From the NCBI GenBank assembly GCA_903813345.2, contig CAIIXF020000001.1:43400001-43464000 (forward strand): a DNA stretch of 64,000 bases, given 5' to 3'. A program made the translations under genes and the position numbers. Below the pieces are notes generated by a model that did not search any database, was not told the origin of the DNA, and saw only the letters and a program-made list of their open reading frames with translations. Below, one piece after another: positions 36,501 to 51,100 of this stretch; within the stretch, counting starts at the first letter, position 1; each line of letters opens with the position of its first letter. The stretch is from Owenia fusiformis (taxonomy: Eukaryota).

Positions 36501-39139
36501 CTGTAATTGGGATTTCATGGGTCAGAGTGGGGTCAATGAATAACAGAACTGACAATTACCATAGTGGTCAAGACAGATGAACATAAAAATCCAATCCTAA
36601 AAATTAATTCACTGCTCTTCCACTTCAAAATTTATGCATTTATTGACACTTTTAAACTAATTTCCCTAAAATAGGAAACACTGAGGAAATAATTAATTTG
36701 ACTAACCACATGATGACTAACATATCTTGAAAATATCTCAGTGAGCTTACAATGAGGCCTTTTACCCAGACATAAGGGAATTCCAGATTTCTCTCTGGAC
36801 ATACATGACAATTAAGTGAAGACAGAGGAAAGTCATTGGTTGATATTTCTTTGAGATACTCTTGCATTCATGCAATAAATACCATCTACTGATCCTCTAT
36901 CCTTCTTACTCAGAGTACGAGAGAAGAATGGGGTACAGGGTTTTGATATAAGACTATCTTTGAGGAAAAGGTTGACACAATTAGGGAAAATAATTTAACA
37001 TTGATACAAATCTGTCGTTAAATAGACTCAACATCATTTCTTAAATTAATCACCAAAGCTACATTCAATGCGTGAAGTCCATATTCAAACATTTTTTGTT
37101 AATTAAAACAATCAAATTGTTTATAAAACTTAAGACATTGTGCATCTTCTAAATATTCCAACCCTATAATGAAATTGAAGTTGAGAATCGAGGAAAAGTC
37201 TGAAAGTGTGTTACAGTGTTTCACAAAAGGGCAAGAAATCTCCCAAGTGTTAAATGTTGATAAGGAATCAATACAGTGGTCTCCATAATCAAAGAAAGAA
37301 TTACTTGGGGATCAATAAAATTCTCTTGTTGTTCCCCTTCATTGAGCTCCAAGTGATTGGTTGCAGACTGTGAAATTAAATTGATCAAAGTAGAATTCCT
37401 ACAATAATATGATACAATAAAACAGGAGCTGCAATTAATTATACAAATGAGATTTTAAGAGATGAATAAATTACCAATCGGGACCAATTTGGAATGATCA
37501 ATTTTGAATCAAACATGATAAACATTTAAGAACATTATATATAAACATGATAGAAACTGCAATAACAGAACATTTTCTTATTTCAGTGTACAGTATTAAG
37601 TCTACAGCATTTTGTCAAACAAAAACATAAGAGAACATTGTGATTGAAAATTGTTTTAACTGAACAAACATCAATCCATTCTCCTATACTTTGTGATCCA
37701 ACAAACTGCAATTTTTCAAAACTTACAATTATACAAATATTTTGAATTATTTTAACACAAATCCTGTACAATTGATATCTAATATTGTTACTCTCATTTT
37801 TTGAAAAAGAAAATTGAAAAGAACACAAAGCAGCAAAGGAACATTGAAAATATGCAAGCAACATTTGAATGATAATATAAAAAAACAGAATTTGAACGAA
37901 ACGGGTATCATTCAAAATCCCTGGAATTTACGGAAGCATTTTTTATAACCACTGTTCTACAGGTATATGTTAGGGACTATCACAACTTACTTTTGTAGTA
38001 TAATATCATATAAGTCTTATCTCTTTTTGAGAAAAATCATATTAACTTGGAAATCAACCTTGATGAATTAATCATTAACATTTTGTTATTGGATTTATTC
38101 TCAATAGTTCTGTTCAAATGTTGACAGTTTCTCTTGAAAATCATAAAATTGGTTATAAATACATAGTGTGGCAGTTAATTATTAAATAACTAAATACATT
38201 CTACATTACATTGCACATAATTTGAAATTGTGAGTCTAATCTCAAGTAGAGTGAAAACGAAGAAAAACCTGTCAAAATAACTGCATTTGTATTTTGTTCA
38301 CAGCACAGAACCGTATCAGCTAAGGTTTAAGAAATAGCTCCTGCAAGATCCCAGGGTTTCATAAAACATTGCTTTTCTGTCAAAACATCGCTATTCAGTA
38401 TTCCCAACTGGAGAGTCCTTTTCATATTATATTCAAATTCAAAAGAGCTAATACTGTATATTTCATCCGATTTTGACTTTGAACTAATACCAATTGTTTC
38501 ACATGGACGAAATTCTTCCGATATTACAATATAGATTAATATTCATATACAGTATTTCAGAAATAACAGATTATAGGATTTTTACGGCATTGAGAATCTA
38601 TCTGAGCTATGGCGTTTATTTTGATAGGTTTTTCTGTTGTCGTAGTGAAAGAAAGCGAAGCATGGTTAAAGCTTCTATACATTAGAATGTTATCTCAGGA
38701 ATAGGTACAGATATATTCCATATTATTATTCCAGATATGACTCAGAATTGCTAAATTCTGTCTAGTGTGATCTGTTGTGTTATAATCCTGTATTGTGGCA
38801 GTATACAGATATACAGTACATATATCCACTCAGTTGTAGCTTCATGCACTAAGAGCATGTCTTAGAATACTCATGTCTCTTAAACCCAAATATCACATAA
38901 CTATTCCTATCCTTCTATCTCTCTATGGAAGTCCTTCCAGACTGGATATGACACAATCACTGCACTATTGGAGAAGGTCAATGGACTATTTGTAATCCGA
39001 TTTTGACTGTTAGATCTTCAATGTAACATCCTGGTTCCAGTCAATGCATGTTATCCTCGTAACTGTCACCTATGAAACTGTCACTCCAGTCATCTCCATG
39101 ATATATTCAGTTCACATTTTCTATGATGTGTCCTTCATG

Positions 39140-42100
39140 TTATACATCTACTACATCGGGACTTGATAAAGGATTAGCGAGGAGATAATTTGCAGCCTGC
39201 TCAACACTCCAGCTATGGCGCATGAGAGCGTCTTTACATACATTAGCATCACCAAGCTGAGTGCCGATGAGTTGTTTAAGTTTGATATATTTGATGGCAC
39301 TGACAACGTCCCAGTCTGTCTCACTCAATGCCATCATACAGTCTTCGATAGAGGCAACCTGAAAACAGAATGTTCCTTGAAAAATTCCATTTATTTTGAA
39401 TAAGTTAGATAAGGGTTGACCATTGTATTGAGGAGCTAATGACTTCGGAAAAAACTCTGGAGTCAAAAGAAGAGTTCTGTTTCTGATCATTAAGCTATAT
39501 AATTCTGGGGTGCATGTTTTGTTGATAATCTTAACATAGAAGTTCTAAAGCCCAATGCTGAAACCATGGATATTATAACATCATAGTTAAAGAATAACAG
39601 GCTATGAACTCTTATAATAAGAATGCCTCTAGGAAATGGGTGCAAAACTTGGTTTAGGGTACAAGGTTAGTAGGTTCTCCCAAAGGTCTAATGGTCAACC
39701 CCTTCATATATTTCAATTCTTGTATCTTAAATGCCATACAAGTAAAATGGCAAAACTAATAACAAAATATAATGAGCCATAAACTGCTTCATGACAATAC
39801 AAATTATCAGAATTAGATGATTAAAGAAAAGAAAATTAAACATTTAAAAGTTTATGGAGAAGCAAGAACTTGTGATAAACAGATTGACATGCATCAATGC
39901 TTAGACACAGTGGACACTGAATGTGATTCAACACGAGACAAACACTTAATCAAGAAACAGCAATCAATCCATGTTGATAAATTGACAACACATCATCGTA
40001 CATCTGCATATTTCTCTTAAATGCCCATATGGGACATTAATTTGAATTTTAACTGAGATGGTCAAATTGTGACTATATTAAACAACTCAAGATTAACAGA
40101 TGTTTTATCTGGTCATTTTCATGTTTCTGTAATAGCAATATAAAGATGAGTCATCGCTTTCTATTTTATCGTCAATCTTTTGAGCTGACCATTTCTTCTC
40201 CCATGACAATCACTTTCTCACCTAATTAAATTTCTCATGACTGTCCCTTTTTCTCCTAACTACAAGTCTATATATTTACTTTTAAAAGCACATTAAGTCA
40301 GTCAATCAAATAAGCAATGGGGAAATGAAAGTGTGTTTGTATGTACATGCAATATCAAAATTATACTGTAGCATGCTAAACCTAGTGAAATGAACGGTAC
40401 AAGTGTAAAAAGCAACTGACGTGTGACCTAAGGGAACAAGACATAATCAGAGGATATCAAATCAAGATGCACTGACCAGACTACATCTGACTAATTAAAT
40501 GTCTTTCTATCTAAGACTGATTTTAATCAAAATTAGCATTTTCTTTTGGGTTCAATTCTCATAAAAAAGTAGATACATTTATACAACTAAAAATAAAAAA
40601 ATAATTGTTTCAAATTATCACTCTTAAATATATGTCATTCATTTAATCGTTATTGTAAAATAATAAAAAATAATAGGAATAAGTAAAAGCTGATGATGTG
40701 GGTAAACATGTAGTAAAATAACTCTACTGGAGCCAACCAATCACACACAATACAGAGACAATATACATGGGGACACACATTGCAATCCATGGGGTTCCAT
40801 ACCTTTGAAGGACTAATGCTGCATAAACAACAATGTAACAAAGTTAAACCATGATGATGTCACAACAGATAATCATATACAAGTCAATGGTACATCCTAT
40901 AGACAAGGTCTCTGACAGAAACTGTGTAAAACAACATCCAGTGTCCAAAAGGATTTGTATATTTATATATAGAATTGTTCAGTGAAAAGGTAAAGAATTT
41001 TCGATAACAGTTAATATGTAAATGAAAAAAAAAAGAAGAGTTGCATTCATGAGAACTATTTCCATTCTTAAATATGTGACATATTCTTACATATTTAGGC
41101 ATTCAAAGCTAAATTGTAAGCTAAATGTGTATGTAACTATTGTATGTTCAACATGATTGTAAAAACAGTTATATTTATATATTGCATAGAATTATTATGA
41201 ACATGTATGTTGAAAAGACAAACACCAAGTGGCTGTGAAATCGCGAATGATGTGGCTGTGAATAAAAAATAAAATAATAGTAAATCATAAAATTAAAAAT
41301 TAAATCCTATAAACAACCTGATAGAGTTACAATATGTCATATGACATAGTATAGTATCCTATACATCTACAGTATATTGATACCTCAGAGACCAATTTAA
41401 TAGTAATATAATATAATACCAAAGAAAAGCTTTATACATGTACAAGAGATTTTTACAGAGCCATTTTGCATTCAATTGTTCAGTTTTATTATTAAATTAT
41501 AACAAAACACACAATGATAGATTATAAAAAATTTATCGAATGATTCAAAAGTAATTTACCCAGCATGCCAAAAACCTAATCGAATCTTGGCACTAGTCTG
41601 CTACTGATTTTTAAGTTTAAAAGGTGAGCAGTTTTCCTGGAAATTTGATGACATAAGATTTATGTGGCGCCCACCCACCCAGACACAAACACGCCCATCA
41701 GCACAACAGGAGAACATTATAGCACCTTTAAAATGTGTGATAAGTTATAACAGAATTATAACTGAACCCCCAATGACCAACATTCACTTTCAGTAGGGGT
41801 CATGATAACTTACCTGACTACTGAATACTCTTTGCATTAACCTCACTTCATCACACATATCCCTGAAAATAACAAACATTTATACTATAACATTGATATA
41901 ACATTGCAGGATCACAGTTAGTAATAATAATAGTCTATAAATCATTTTACACGGAAATTAAAATCCACTTGCACCCAGTCGAGAATTTAGTAATCCTTGC
42001 ATTGGGATATTTTGATATAAAAATTTGAAATTTTTACCCAGGCTTGTAAATTGTAAATAAAAATATGAGCTAAAAAGAGCATTTGAAAAATAAATTGCAA

Positions 42101-45100
42101 TTTATAATCTAGTTAATAAAATGTATAGTCTACCATAGGTAGTTCTACAAGACATCTTACTTTTTAGGTCCTTTGCCATCATCCAAGGCAAATTCCAATA
42201 AGTCTTCATAACTGACATTCTCATCTGAAGTCTTGTACTTAGGCTGAAGGGGGTCCAAAGCTATATTAGCCATATGTTTGTCATCACCAAAGTCTACAGG
42301 GTTATCCCAGAATGGATCTGACCCGTCAAATAATCCTAGTTGCTTAGGGTCAGCTTGCACATGTTTAAATGCAAACTTAGTTTTAGGTAGAGTATTAGAG
42401 CTAAAGACATCATCACCATCTGTTTGTTCATCCTCTGGGGGAGTAGGGGGTTGTGGTTTGCCACGACTGGTCCCATTTGTCTGGGATGTAGGGGGGTCTG
42501 TTGCTAAAGGGTATTTGCGTGTCCTTGGCCGTTGGTTTAGTTCAGATGGTCTGGATATAGATTTGGGAGGTAATGGCAGGGGGTTGCCCTCCACAGCAGT
42601 GTCAGTATCTGTTGGAGAGTGACCATTACTATTATTGGTATCAGTGTCTTTCTGACGTAATCTTGACAGACCCGCTATACCTGGGAGGGCGGGATTACGA
42701 ATCTTGTCATTCAATCTCGATCTACGGGGTACAGGAGCTGGGGCACCAGACCCTGCCCCTTCACGTAATCGACGTAGAGGATTCACAGCGCCCCCTGTGT
42801 CAGTAGTGTCTATACTGGGCACACTTTTTCTTGGTATTCCTTGTGGATTTCTTATATTTAAGTTTCGTACAACACTGGATGAAGTTGGAGTTGTGACACT
42901 TCCTTGTCTTTCACTTGGTTTGGGATCTGTGGGGGTTACAGGTTCTACTCCAGGGGTAGGTACTGTCAGTTGATCATCTTCTTTATGTTTTGATACGTCA
43001 GTGTCACTCCCGGAATAACTAGCTCTCTGTTGATGCTCCATAGCTCGTTTCATTCTGCGTTCCCTTGTTGACACATGTTTACTCTCCTTGGGGGTCTCTT
43101 TGAAGGGCCCCTTCTGCACTAACATATCATAAACTTCCAGGGCTTCAGGTGTTACACTGCCCTCTATTGTTTTAGACTGGATTTCCTCAGTGTAACTCTT
43201 ACGTTCAATTTTAGGGCTTGATTTCCCTGAGAATTTAAATGAGAATTTACCCTTTAGTCCAGCACTGCGAGGCGAAGATTCACCACCACTGTCAGTGTCT
43301 CTTAGCTTATCAAGCTGAAAAGTTAATAAAATTAGAATTACAAACATGAAGATATTTAAATGCAGACGACCATCTGTAAATGCATTAAATCATAAATTCA
43401 TTCTCTTATTTACTGATTCATTCCAAAAGGGTGAAACACTGGAGCTTGGTGCAAGACCAAAACAAGGGATAATAAACATGCAAAATGCCACAACCTGCCA
43501 TTTGTTACAGACACAGAACACCGCCCACAAAAAAGCTAAAGAAAATGGTGATGTGGTGACATAATACAATTTTGTATTTTATTGAGTAAAATTGAAGCTT
43601 GAATAATAGAATAGAATTTCTCTTGGCTCGATTGCTTCTCATTCTCAATGCTGATACCTTAGGAACTTGTGGTTCAGGGGTAGATATCATATTTTTCTGA
43701 TTCTCTTTATGTGCCATCTCAGTTGCCATGGCAATGGCATCGTCTATCATCTTCTCATCTGATGCAGACATGGGTTTCACTTTGGCTTGCTTCTTCTCCT
43801 TGTGTCTTGGAGAGACTTCCTGGAGACAAAAGCATTGAGCAGAGGATTATCATTAGGATAGTAGGTAAAGTATGTGCAATTCAAAATGCAACTGGCTTAT
43901 TAAAACTGGAGTTATACGAGGGTTGATCAATAAGTAACGGGCGCTTTTTTACACAGATGCTTTTTATAGACCAATCCCTTTGATTTTCTTACCAGTGATA
44001 CATCATTCAATTACCTTTCTACTCTGAAGATACAATATACAAGTAGTAATTGTTTAATATGGATAAGTGACACTAGATTCAATATTACTGAAACCATACC
44101 ATTTAATAAAAGAAAGTGTATTCCTAGTATGAAGATCAGATTACTTTTTATATTGCTTTTTTCTCATACACAGCATAATGTACCCTTAATCATATGCTAT
44201 ACAATTTCATTGTCATATTTTATTGATAAACATACTGAACTTACAATTCTCAATTTGGTTTTAGATTTCTTTTCTTCCTTGGTTCGAAAAACATCATCAG
44301 AGCTATCATTAAGGCTTGAGCCAAACACGCCAGGACTTCTTGGCGACACACTGATTGGTGTAGCAGGGGAGTGGCTGAGGGGGGTATCCCCAGGGTCATT
44401 ATAATCCAGTGTCAATCCCCTATTTTCCAACCCCTGGCCATTAGTTTGTTCCTCATCATTGTTTTCCTCATCTCTTGGTGTAAGATGAACTTCATCTTCA
44501 TATTTCTCTGGTTCTTTAAGAGCTTTCAGGACTTCTTCCATAAAATCTGGACCGAGATCTAGCGATGTCTATAAGGATGGATACATTTTTATTATGGTGT
44601 TTACTTTATTATTTTGATATATGGATAGTAGGAGAATGAGATTACATACTGTACTTCTACAACAATAATGCCGTTTATCAAATATTGCCCAAACACAAAC
44701 AATTGAAACTTGTCTGAACAGAAAAACATTTTTTTATCTTTCAAGATCTGTTCATTGCATACTATATGTGCTTAATGTATTGTTTGAAAAATTACCGAGA
44801 ATTCTGGCATTTTGAAGAAGTCTTCTTCATCATTTATTTCCTCATAGCTGTCTTTCTTTCCATCGGACTCATCAAAAGTGTTGGAACTCATATCTCCCAA
44901 ATCACTACCCCATCTATAAGATAAAAAATAATCCGTACAATTATGAAATTCCTTCAAGGTTTAATTCAAACCAACCTCAGAAAGTATACATCTCCAAGGA
45001 CAAATTTTTTATTGAAAGAAATTCAGTATATGAGGGGTAAACTGGCTACAGTTAACAGTATTAGATAAAATGAATAAAACATGGTACCCTTGCATCTAAT

Positions 45101-48100
45101 CTTTTGTCTCCCACAAATAAAAGGCTATTCCCTCTCTATTCCCTCAGATTTCAGCAATCACTCAGAAAAATATTTTTCTTGGTTTGAAAACAATATTTTA
45201 TCTTTCTGATGAAACAATATCCATTAATGCACCAATAACACTAGTAAAATATGCTATAAAAATGTAAGTATGAGCTTGGTTAACTTACCCACTGTCCCCC
45301 TTCTTGTCGCTGCTGGGTGATGGTGTAGACTGAGTGGACATGAGGGAACCATCAGAGAGACCTTTGATAATTACATGCGCAGAGTCATCAGATTTCGTCA
45401 AGGAGGGTGTTGAGCTGTTCAAATCATCTTGGGGCTTATCTTTAAAATAAAAATCATCCAATCAAATATCAATATACTTGTACTTTATGTTAATGGAGAG
45501 CTCATCAAAACAATAACTTCACTGAGAAAATGAAATAACTATAATGAAGATCAGCTAAAGGCACATTTCAATTTTTAAAAGATAATCCTAGCGCATCCAA
45601 CTTTTCACATCTTCCTTCTAAAAAAAAATTTCTGAAGGGCGTTTTAGTTGTCAAGTCTAGTTATAGATTCTATTTCACAATTATAAACTCACAAGGAGGG
45701 ACAACTTTAACTGGAAGCTTCATGTCATAGTTTGTCCCGATTATGCCAATATCTCCAGTGATGGCACCGTCATATCCTATATGACCTATGTGACGCAAAT
45801 CATTCTGTGGAAGGCCTATCATATCAGCACGCAGTCTAGATTTTCTACTGTCTTTCTTCCCTTGCTTACGGACATCTACAATCATACATATATTGTATAT
45901 ACATGTATTCAAGTAAGTACATCAACCTTGAGTGTGTTTGATATTTAAAGGTTTTATTGATTGTGGGTTTCAAATTAAATATGGTAACCATTTTATATAT
46001 TAGTATTAAGCTCACATGGAAAGTCTAAAGTATTGGCTCTGCTTTCTTTGGATTTCTAGGAGTTTTATCATTAATTATTTAAGAAAATTATTTACCACTT
46101 TTAGATCTTTGTATTTTACTGATTTTCACAGGGGAGACCTTTACTTCTACATAAGGAGTTGCATCAGCAGGATTGAAGAAGCCACACTTGCCACAGGGTA
46201 ACACTCCCTTCCAATGTGTTGCATCAGGGGCATCAGTGGGACTGGAAATAATTTAGAATAGTTGAAATAAAATATGAAAACAGCACAATCTTAAAATATT
46301 TATCTGATTAAGCATTATTGGCACCCCTGGGTAATTATTATCTACTTGTGAAGCAGCCATAAAAGGATCTTCACACAAGAACAAATTTAAATTCAATAAA
46401 AGAATATTTCTCATAAAAGCATGCTTTTCATGAAATAAATTTTCCAGTAAATGAAACTAAGGCATTTTGACATGAAAACTAAATGTTTTTGTGACACTTA
46501 CCTTCTGTCGAGTACAGTTATTATGTCCTGTGCCTTATATGGCAATGACGTAGGCTCCATCGGACTCGGACAATCTCGAATGGCAGCCATCTGATCAGGG
46601 CGTATCTAAACAAATATAATTTCAATTTAAAGTAATTGAAATACATGTGTATTATAACTCCAGTAATAATCCTACAGTGTATCTACATTATGTATATGTG
46701 ATTTAACTTGAATTGACTTGAACTCAAAGAGCGATTCATTTGTAAACTAAATAACAACAAGAATATACTTGACAGTAATATGCACCTTTGAATTAACCAT
46801 GTTGATCCTCCAAGGAATCTGCATTCAGTTGTATGTCAAAGTTCTAGAGTTCAAAGTTATGGAGTCACAAGTTCAACAGGTATTTATAGATGCGAGAATG
46901 ATATCTTATGAAAACATTGGCTGTATAAATATTGTTCTTGGACACATCCTTTATTTGCCACATTGATTTTCATTATTTTGACAGGGTGTTATTGCCAATG
47001 CATGTTCATTTTACATTGACACCTGTGAATATGAACATGGCTCCAATGTTAACACTTTGAAGGACAGTTTTGTAGAAAGTAGTTTTTTGTATATGTCAGT
47101 GCAGAGAAAGTTGTGCCTCAAGACAAACCCAGGATTTGAAATTAGAACAAATAAATGGTCAAAATAACAATTTGGTCTAAAATTGAGTTCATTCCATTTA
47201 TTACAGAAATTTGGTCTACATCAATGAAGAATGATACTGATAAGAGTAACTGTAAAGAAAAGTATTGCCTCTCACCTGAGGAAGAATTTTTAATATTTCA
47301 GTAAACTTTGGCCGTCTCAATGCATCATGTTCCCAGCACTTGGTTAGTATAGCATAGTACTCCTTGGAACAAGCATCAGGCTGGTCCAACCTCTGACTAC
47401 ATGGCTCATCTATGGTCTGTAGGATCTGTAACAAAGGCAACTTAAATAACATTGTACATGGCTCTTTTATGGCATGCAGAATCTGTAGCAAGGATTACTT
47501 CCTAAACAGTACGTAACATTATAAATAAACAACAGTTTCATGATTTTGAAATAGGATAGAGTATTCACTAAAACTGAAAAGGCATGTAGATTTTCGTTCA
47601 AAAGCACAAAGCTATTTTCTAGATAACTGATGTCTTCATTTGAAAAAAACTAAGAATTTGGCAAAATGCACTTTAAGATAAACCTAACAGTCTCCAAGCT
47701 CAGTAACCATATGATTATTGAAAAATGCAAGAAAATTACATTGAGCACAGTAGAGAAGGTGATGAAAGAAATGTGGGAAAGCATTTAGCTAATTTAATAG
47801 ATATAGAACAGTATTAGAGCATATTAGAGCAATCTGTATTCATGTACTGTTGTGCACATTCATTATATTTGTATTCTAAAAGCTAGGTATGCATCATTAC
47901 AGTCAGAAGCTGTGAAGAAGGTCACTTTTGATCTTGAAAGCAAGAAAGGGCAAAATAGACATTTACATTTTAGTTTATATTAGTTTTAAATAATACCAAA
48001 TATAGCCATATATTTCTTTGCTCTGAAGTATGGAATAATATTTATATTAGCAGAATAATAAATCATGAAATGTAGATGGATTTAGGAAAGAAGCAGTCCA

Positions 48101-51100
48101 TGGACCCCACCCTTTGTAGAATATGTAAGCTCCTTATATATGATATGATCATTTCAAACCATCAGCCACAGCCAGCTATATCTTTGTTACACTAATATTA
48201 TACATGTACATACATTCTGCACATGTTCATATACTAACATACATGTACAATAATACAATTATATGATGCGCATGCACATGTACCATGCAATTGTACTATA
48301 AAATCAACAGACATGAGAACCATAAGCGTATCCTTCTAATCAAAAATGTGCAAATCCTTCAGCCTTAAATAATGTGCATGTATTGGTGTGAATAATTCAT
48401 CCATTCTTGCTTGATTTGTAACACAAGATGACAACAAAGCAAGCCAAAATTGAGAAACATCCAACAAGATACATGCATTGTGGGTAGATACCTCTTGCGC
48501 TATCTCCATTACTTTGTCAGGATCATCAGCCTCCAGATCTGATTCCTATCAACCAGCAAATATCATTGGTTAGCAAACACTCACACGCACAAACAAAGAC
48601 TCCGATAACCTTTGTGTAACAATGATCGAAATTGGTAATCGAAATTGTTTTGCAAAGGTTTCAGAAGTCGCTAGAAATCAAAGGAGGTATCCAGACCCAG
48701 GCTAATATGTGACAATGATATGCAGAGTTGCATTCTGGGTCTGCATATCTACTGATCTTGTATTAAGCTAGTAGCTACATATAGTATATATACAGAGGGA
48801 AAGTTTCCAAATGCATAGATAATCACCAAAGAAAGCATGAAAATCTTTAAAAAATTCTATATGCCTAATTGGTGAAGGCAAAGGGAAATTAGCAATACGG
48901 ATATAACTCATATTCACCTAGATTCTTTTTATCCCAGTACCAAACCCCAAAAAATATTGGAAAACATTTCCTCCTTTGTGTGATAGATACAGACAGTGTA
49001 CAGTACTTTGAACATAAACCTGATAACTATTACAACGAATGTATGGCCCAGGCTAATGTTGGTCTGTACTGTATATGTAGTTGAGTATGCAATGAACATG
49101 AGTTGCAGGGTCGTCATATTTGGCTATGAAAGAGATGAGTGGGCAGGAACAACAACAAAAGTGACTGTCATAGTGGCGAAACCAAAAACCCCATATGTAT
49201 TTGCATTTGCCCGTGAATCAATGTACATAATACATAACAGACATAGAATCAATGTACATAATACTGCATAGACAGCAGAGTTTACCAAACCTATTGTAAA
49301 AACATATAAAATTCTTCTCTCATTTAACAACCAGTCAACAGATATTGAGTGAATATTGTGATTAGATTGAATTTGCGATAAAAGCGAGTACATTTCTCAA
49401 TAATTATTGATCACCCTGTACATCATTGCTCATGATTCAGGCTCCACAATATGATCACTTAGTACAACACTTATAGGCAATAAAAGGAGGCTCCAAGTAG
49501 TCGTTGTGTACAAACATGTATAAGCATAGCAGGCTGGCTTAAAGTAAGACAATCAAATTTTGATCACATAGATTTGTATGTAAAAGCTGCAAGGTTCAAT
49601 TTGGGAATAAACGAGAGAAAGCAGCCAAATATGAGCCTACAAACTCAAGCACAGTCATACTACATACATATATACATTGAAGATGTGTTAACATGATGCC
49701 ATCAGGTGTGACATGTGACATACAAAAAAGTTGTAGTGTTATTTCATATCTTTTAGAGAAACAAAACTAACAGAATCATATAAGATAAGATTATAAACAA
49801 AATTAAAATAGTGCTCGATGAAAAAATTAAATAACAAAAAATTAAGATGAAATCATTTTGAAAATGTAAAAATGGCGTTACACATACCTGGTGTGAAGTC
49901 AAAGACGCCCAAGGTTGTGCTCCATATGAAAACATCTCCCATAAAGTGACACCGTATGACCAGACATCAGATGCTGTTGTAAACTTCAGGTAGTTGATAC
50001 ACTCAGGCGCACACCTACAATCAAGAATATTGTTTATGTGTACAATTATAATTATTCTATATATTGTATTCGAAAATGACTGTATTCACTCCTTCTATAA
50101 ACTGTGAACAAAGTCAATGTTTCAACCGGGGCATATTCGAGATCAATGCCCCGGCTCTGTACTAAGTGTTTCGTTCAGTGCAAAAGCTCAACCGGAAGTA
50201 GAAATGAAAAAATGGAAATGAACATCGAAATTGACGATTTTGCAATATCCTGGTGAGTTTTCATGTTCGAATCGTAATATAGACCTCAGAGCAGGGCTAC
50301 TATTTTCGAATACACCCCTTAGGGCTAGGCACAAAAACTTTCGAACCAGAAAACGTTTGTGCCAAGCCCTGCGGGGTGTATTCGAAAATAGTAGCGCTGC
50401 TCTTCGGTCTATATTTCTTAATTATATTCAGAAAACATGTCTTCATTGAACAATGTGAGGACATTGAGACAAGTTAATTTTCATATTTTAAGTTGCACCC
50501 TTTAGAGCTAGGTATTACATACACAGGTTTTACTGTTGTATCTTTATTCTCAAAATGTGATAAACTTCGATGTTCATTTTCGTGTAGAGGCAGAACTGAA
50601 CCTGATCTCTGTACAGGTACATTAGATCTATATTAATGTATTAATGTCAATATATTAACAGTATGGAAATATAAAGCAAGAATTCATTATTCATCCTTCT
50701 TACCATGCTATTGGAAGTTTCAAGTTGACATTGAAGTTGGTTTGGTAGTAATCTTTCCCCACACCTAGTGCTCTTGACAATCCAAAGTCACTGATCTTAA
50801 CCTGCAAAAGAAAGTCGATTTCCTTGAATCAATATTTTAGAAGTCTTTCTTAGCATTTGAATTGGAGGAATGAAAAAGATATTAGCATAATATGTTTTCA
50901 AGAGAGTTGTTGCAGAAAAATACTTGAAAGTTTAATACACATATACTGTACGTCTATGCCAAAATCATGTATTCCAATGTACTATACTTCTATTATTATT
51001 GGTTTCTGTTACTGTACCTATATTATTATTGTAAATTATTAAACTAAACATAAAATAAATAACATCTACAGTTAGTAACTTTTATCAGTGTGCTATAATA

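Noticed and set aside
40803..40818. Possible 16-nt microexon (CAG|CATTAGTCCTTCAAAG|GTATGG) in the last kinase intron
   Set aside because: It would place a stop immediately in phase 0. Splice-like sites alone are insufficient evidence without RNA data.
42278..42973. + strand ORFs of 77-114 aa
   Set aside because: They are antisense shadows of the large proline-rich kinase exon.
43915..43945. Complete mariner element starting TA|CGAGGGTTGATCAATAAG
   Set aside because: Only one terminus was seen and no matching inverted end was found.
48929..49393. Two same-frame hydrophobic minus-strand ORFs
   Set aside because: There is no family motif, and hydrophobic translations are expected from T-rich intronic DNA.
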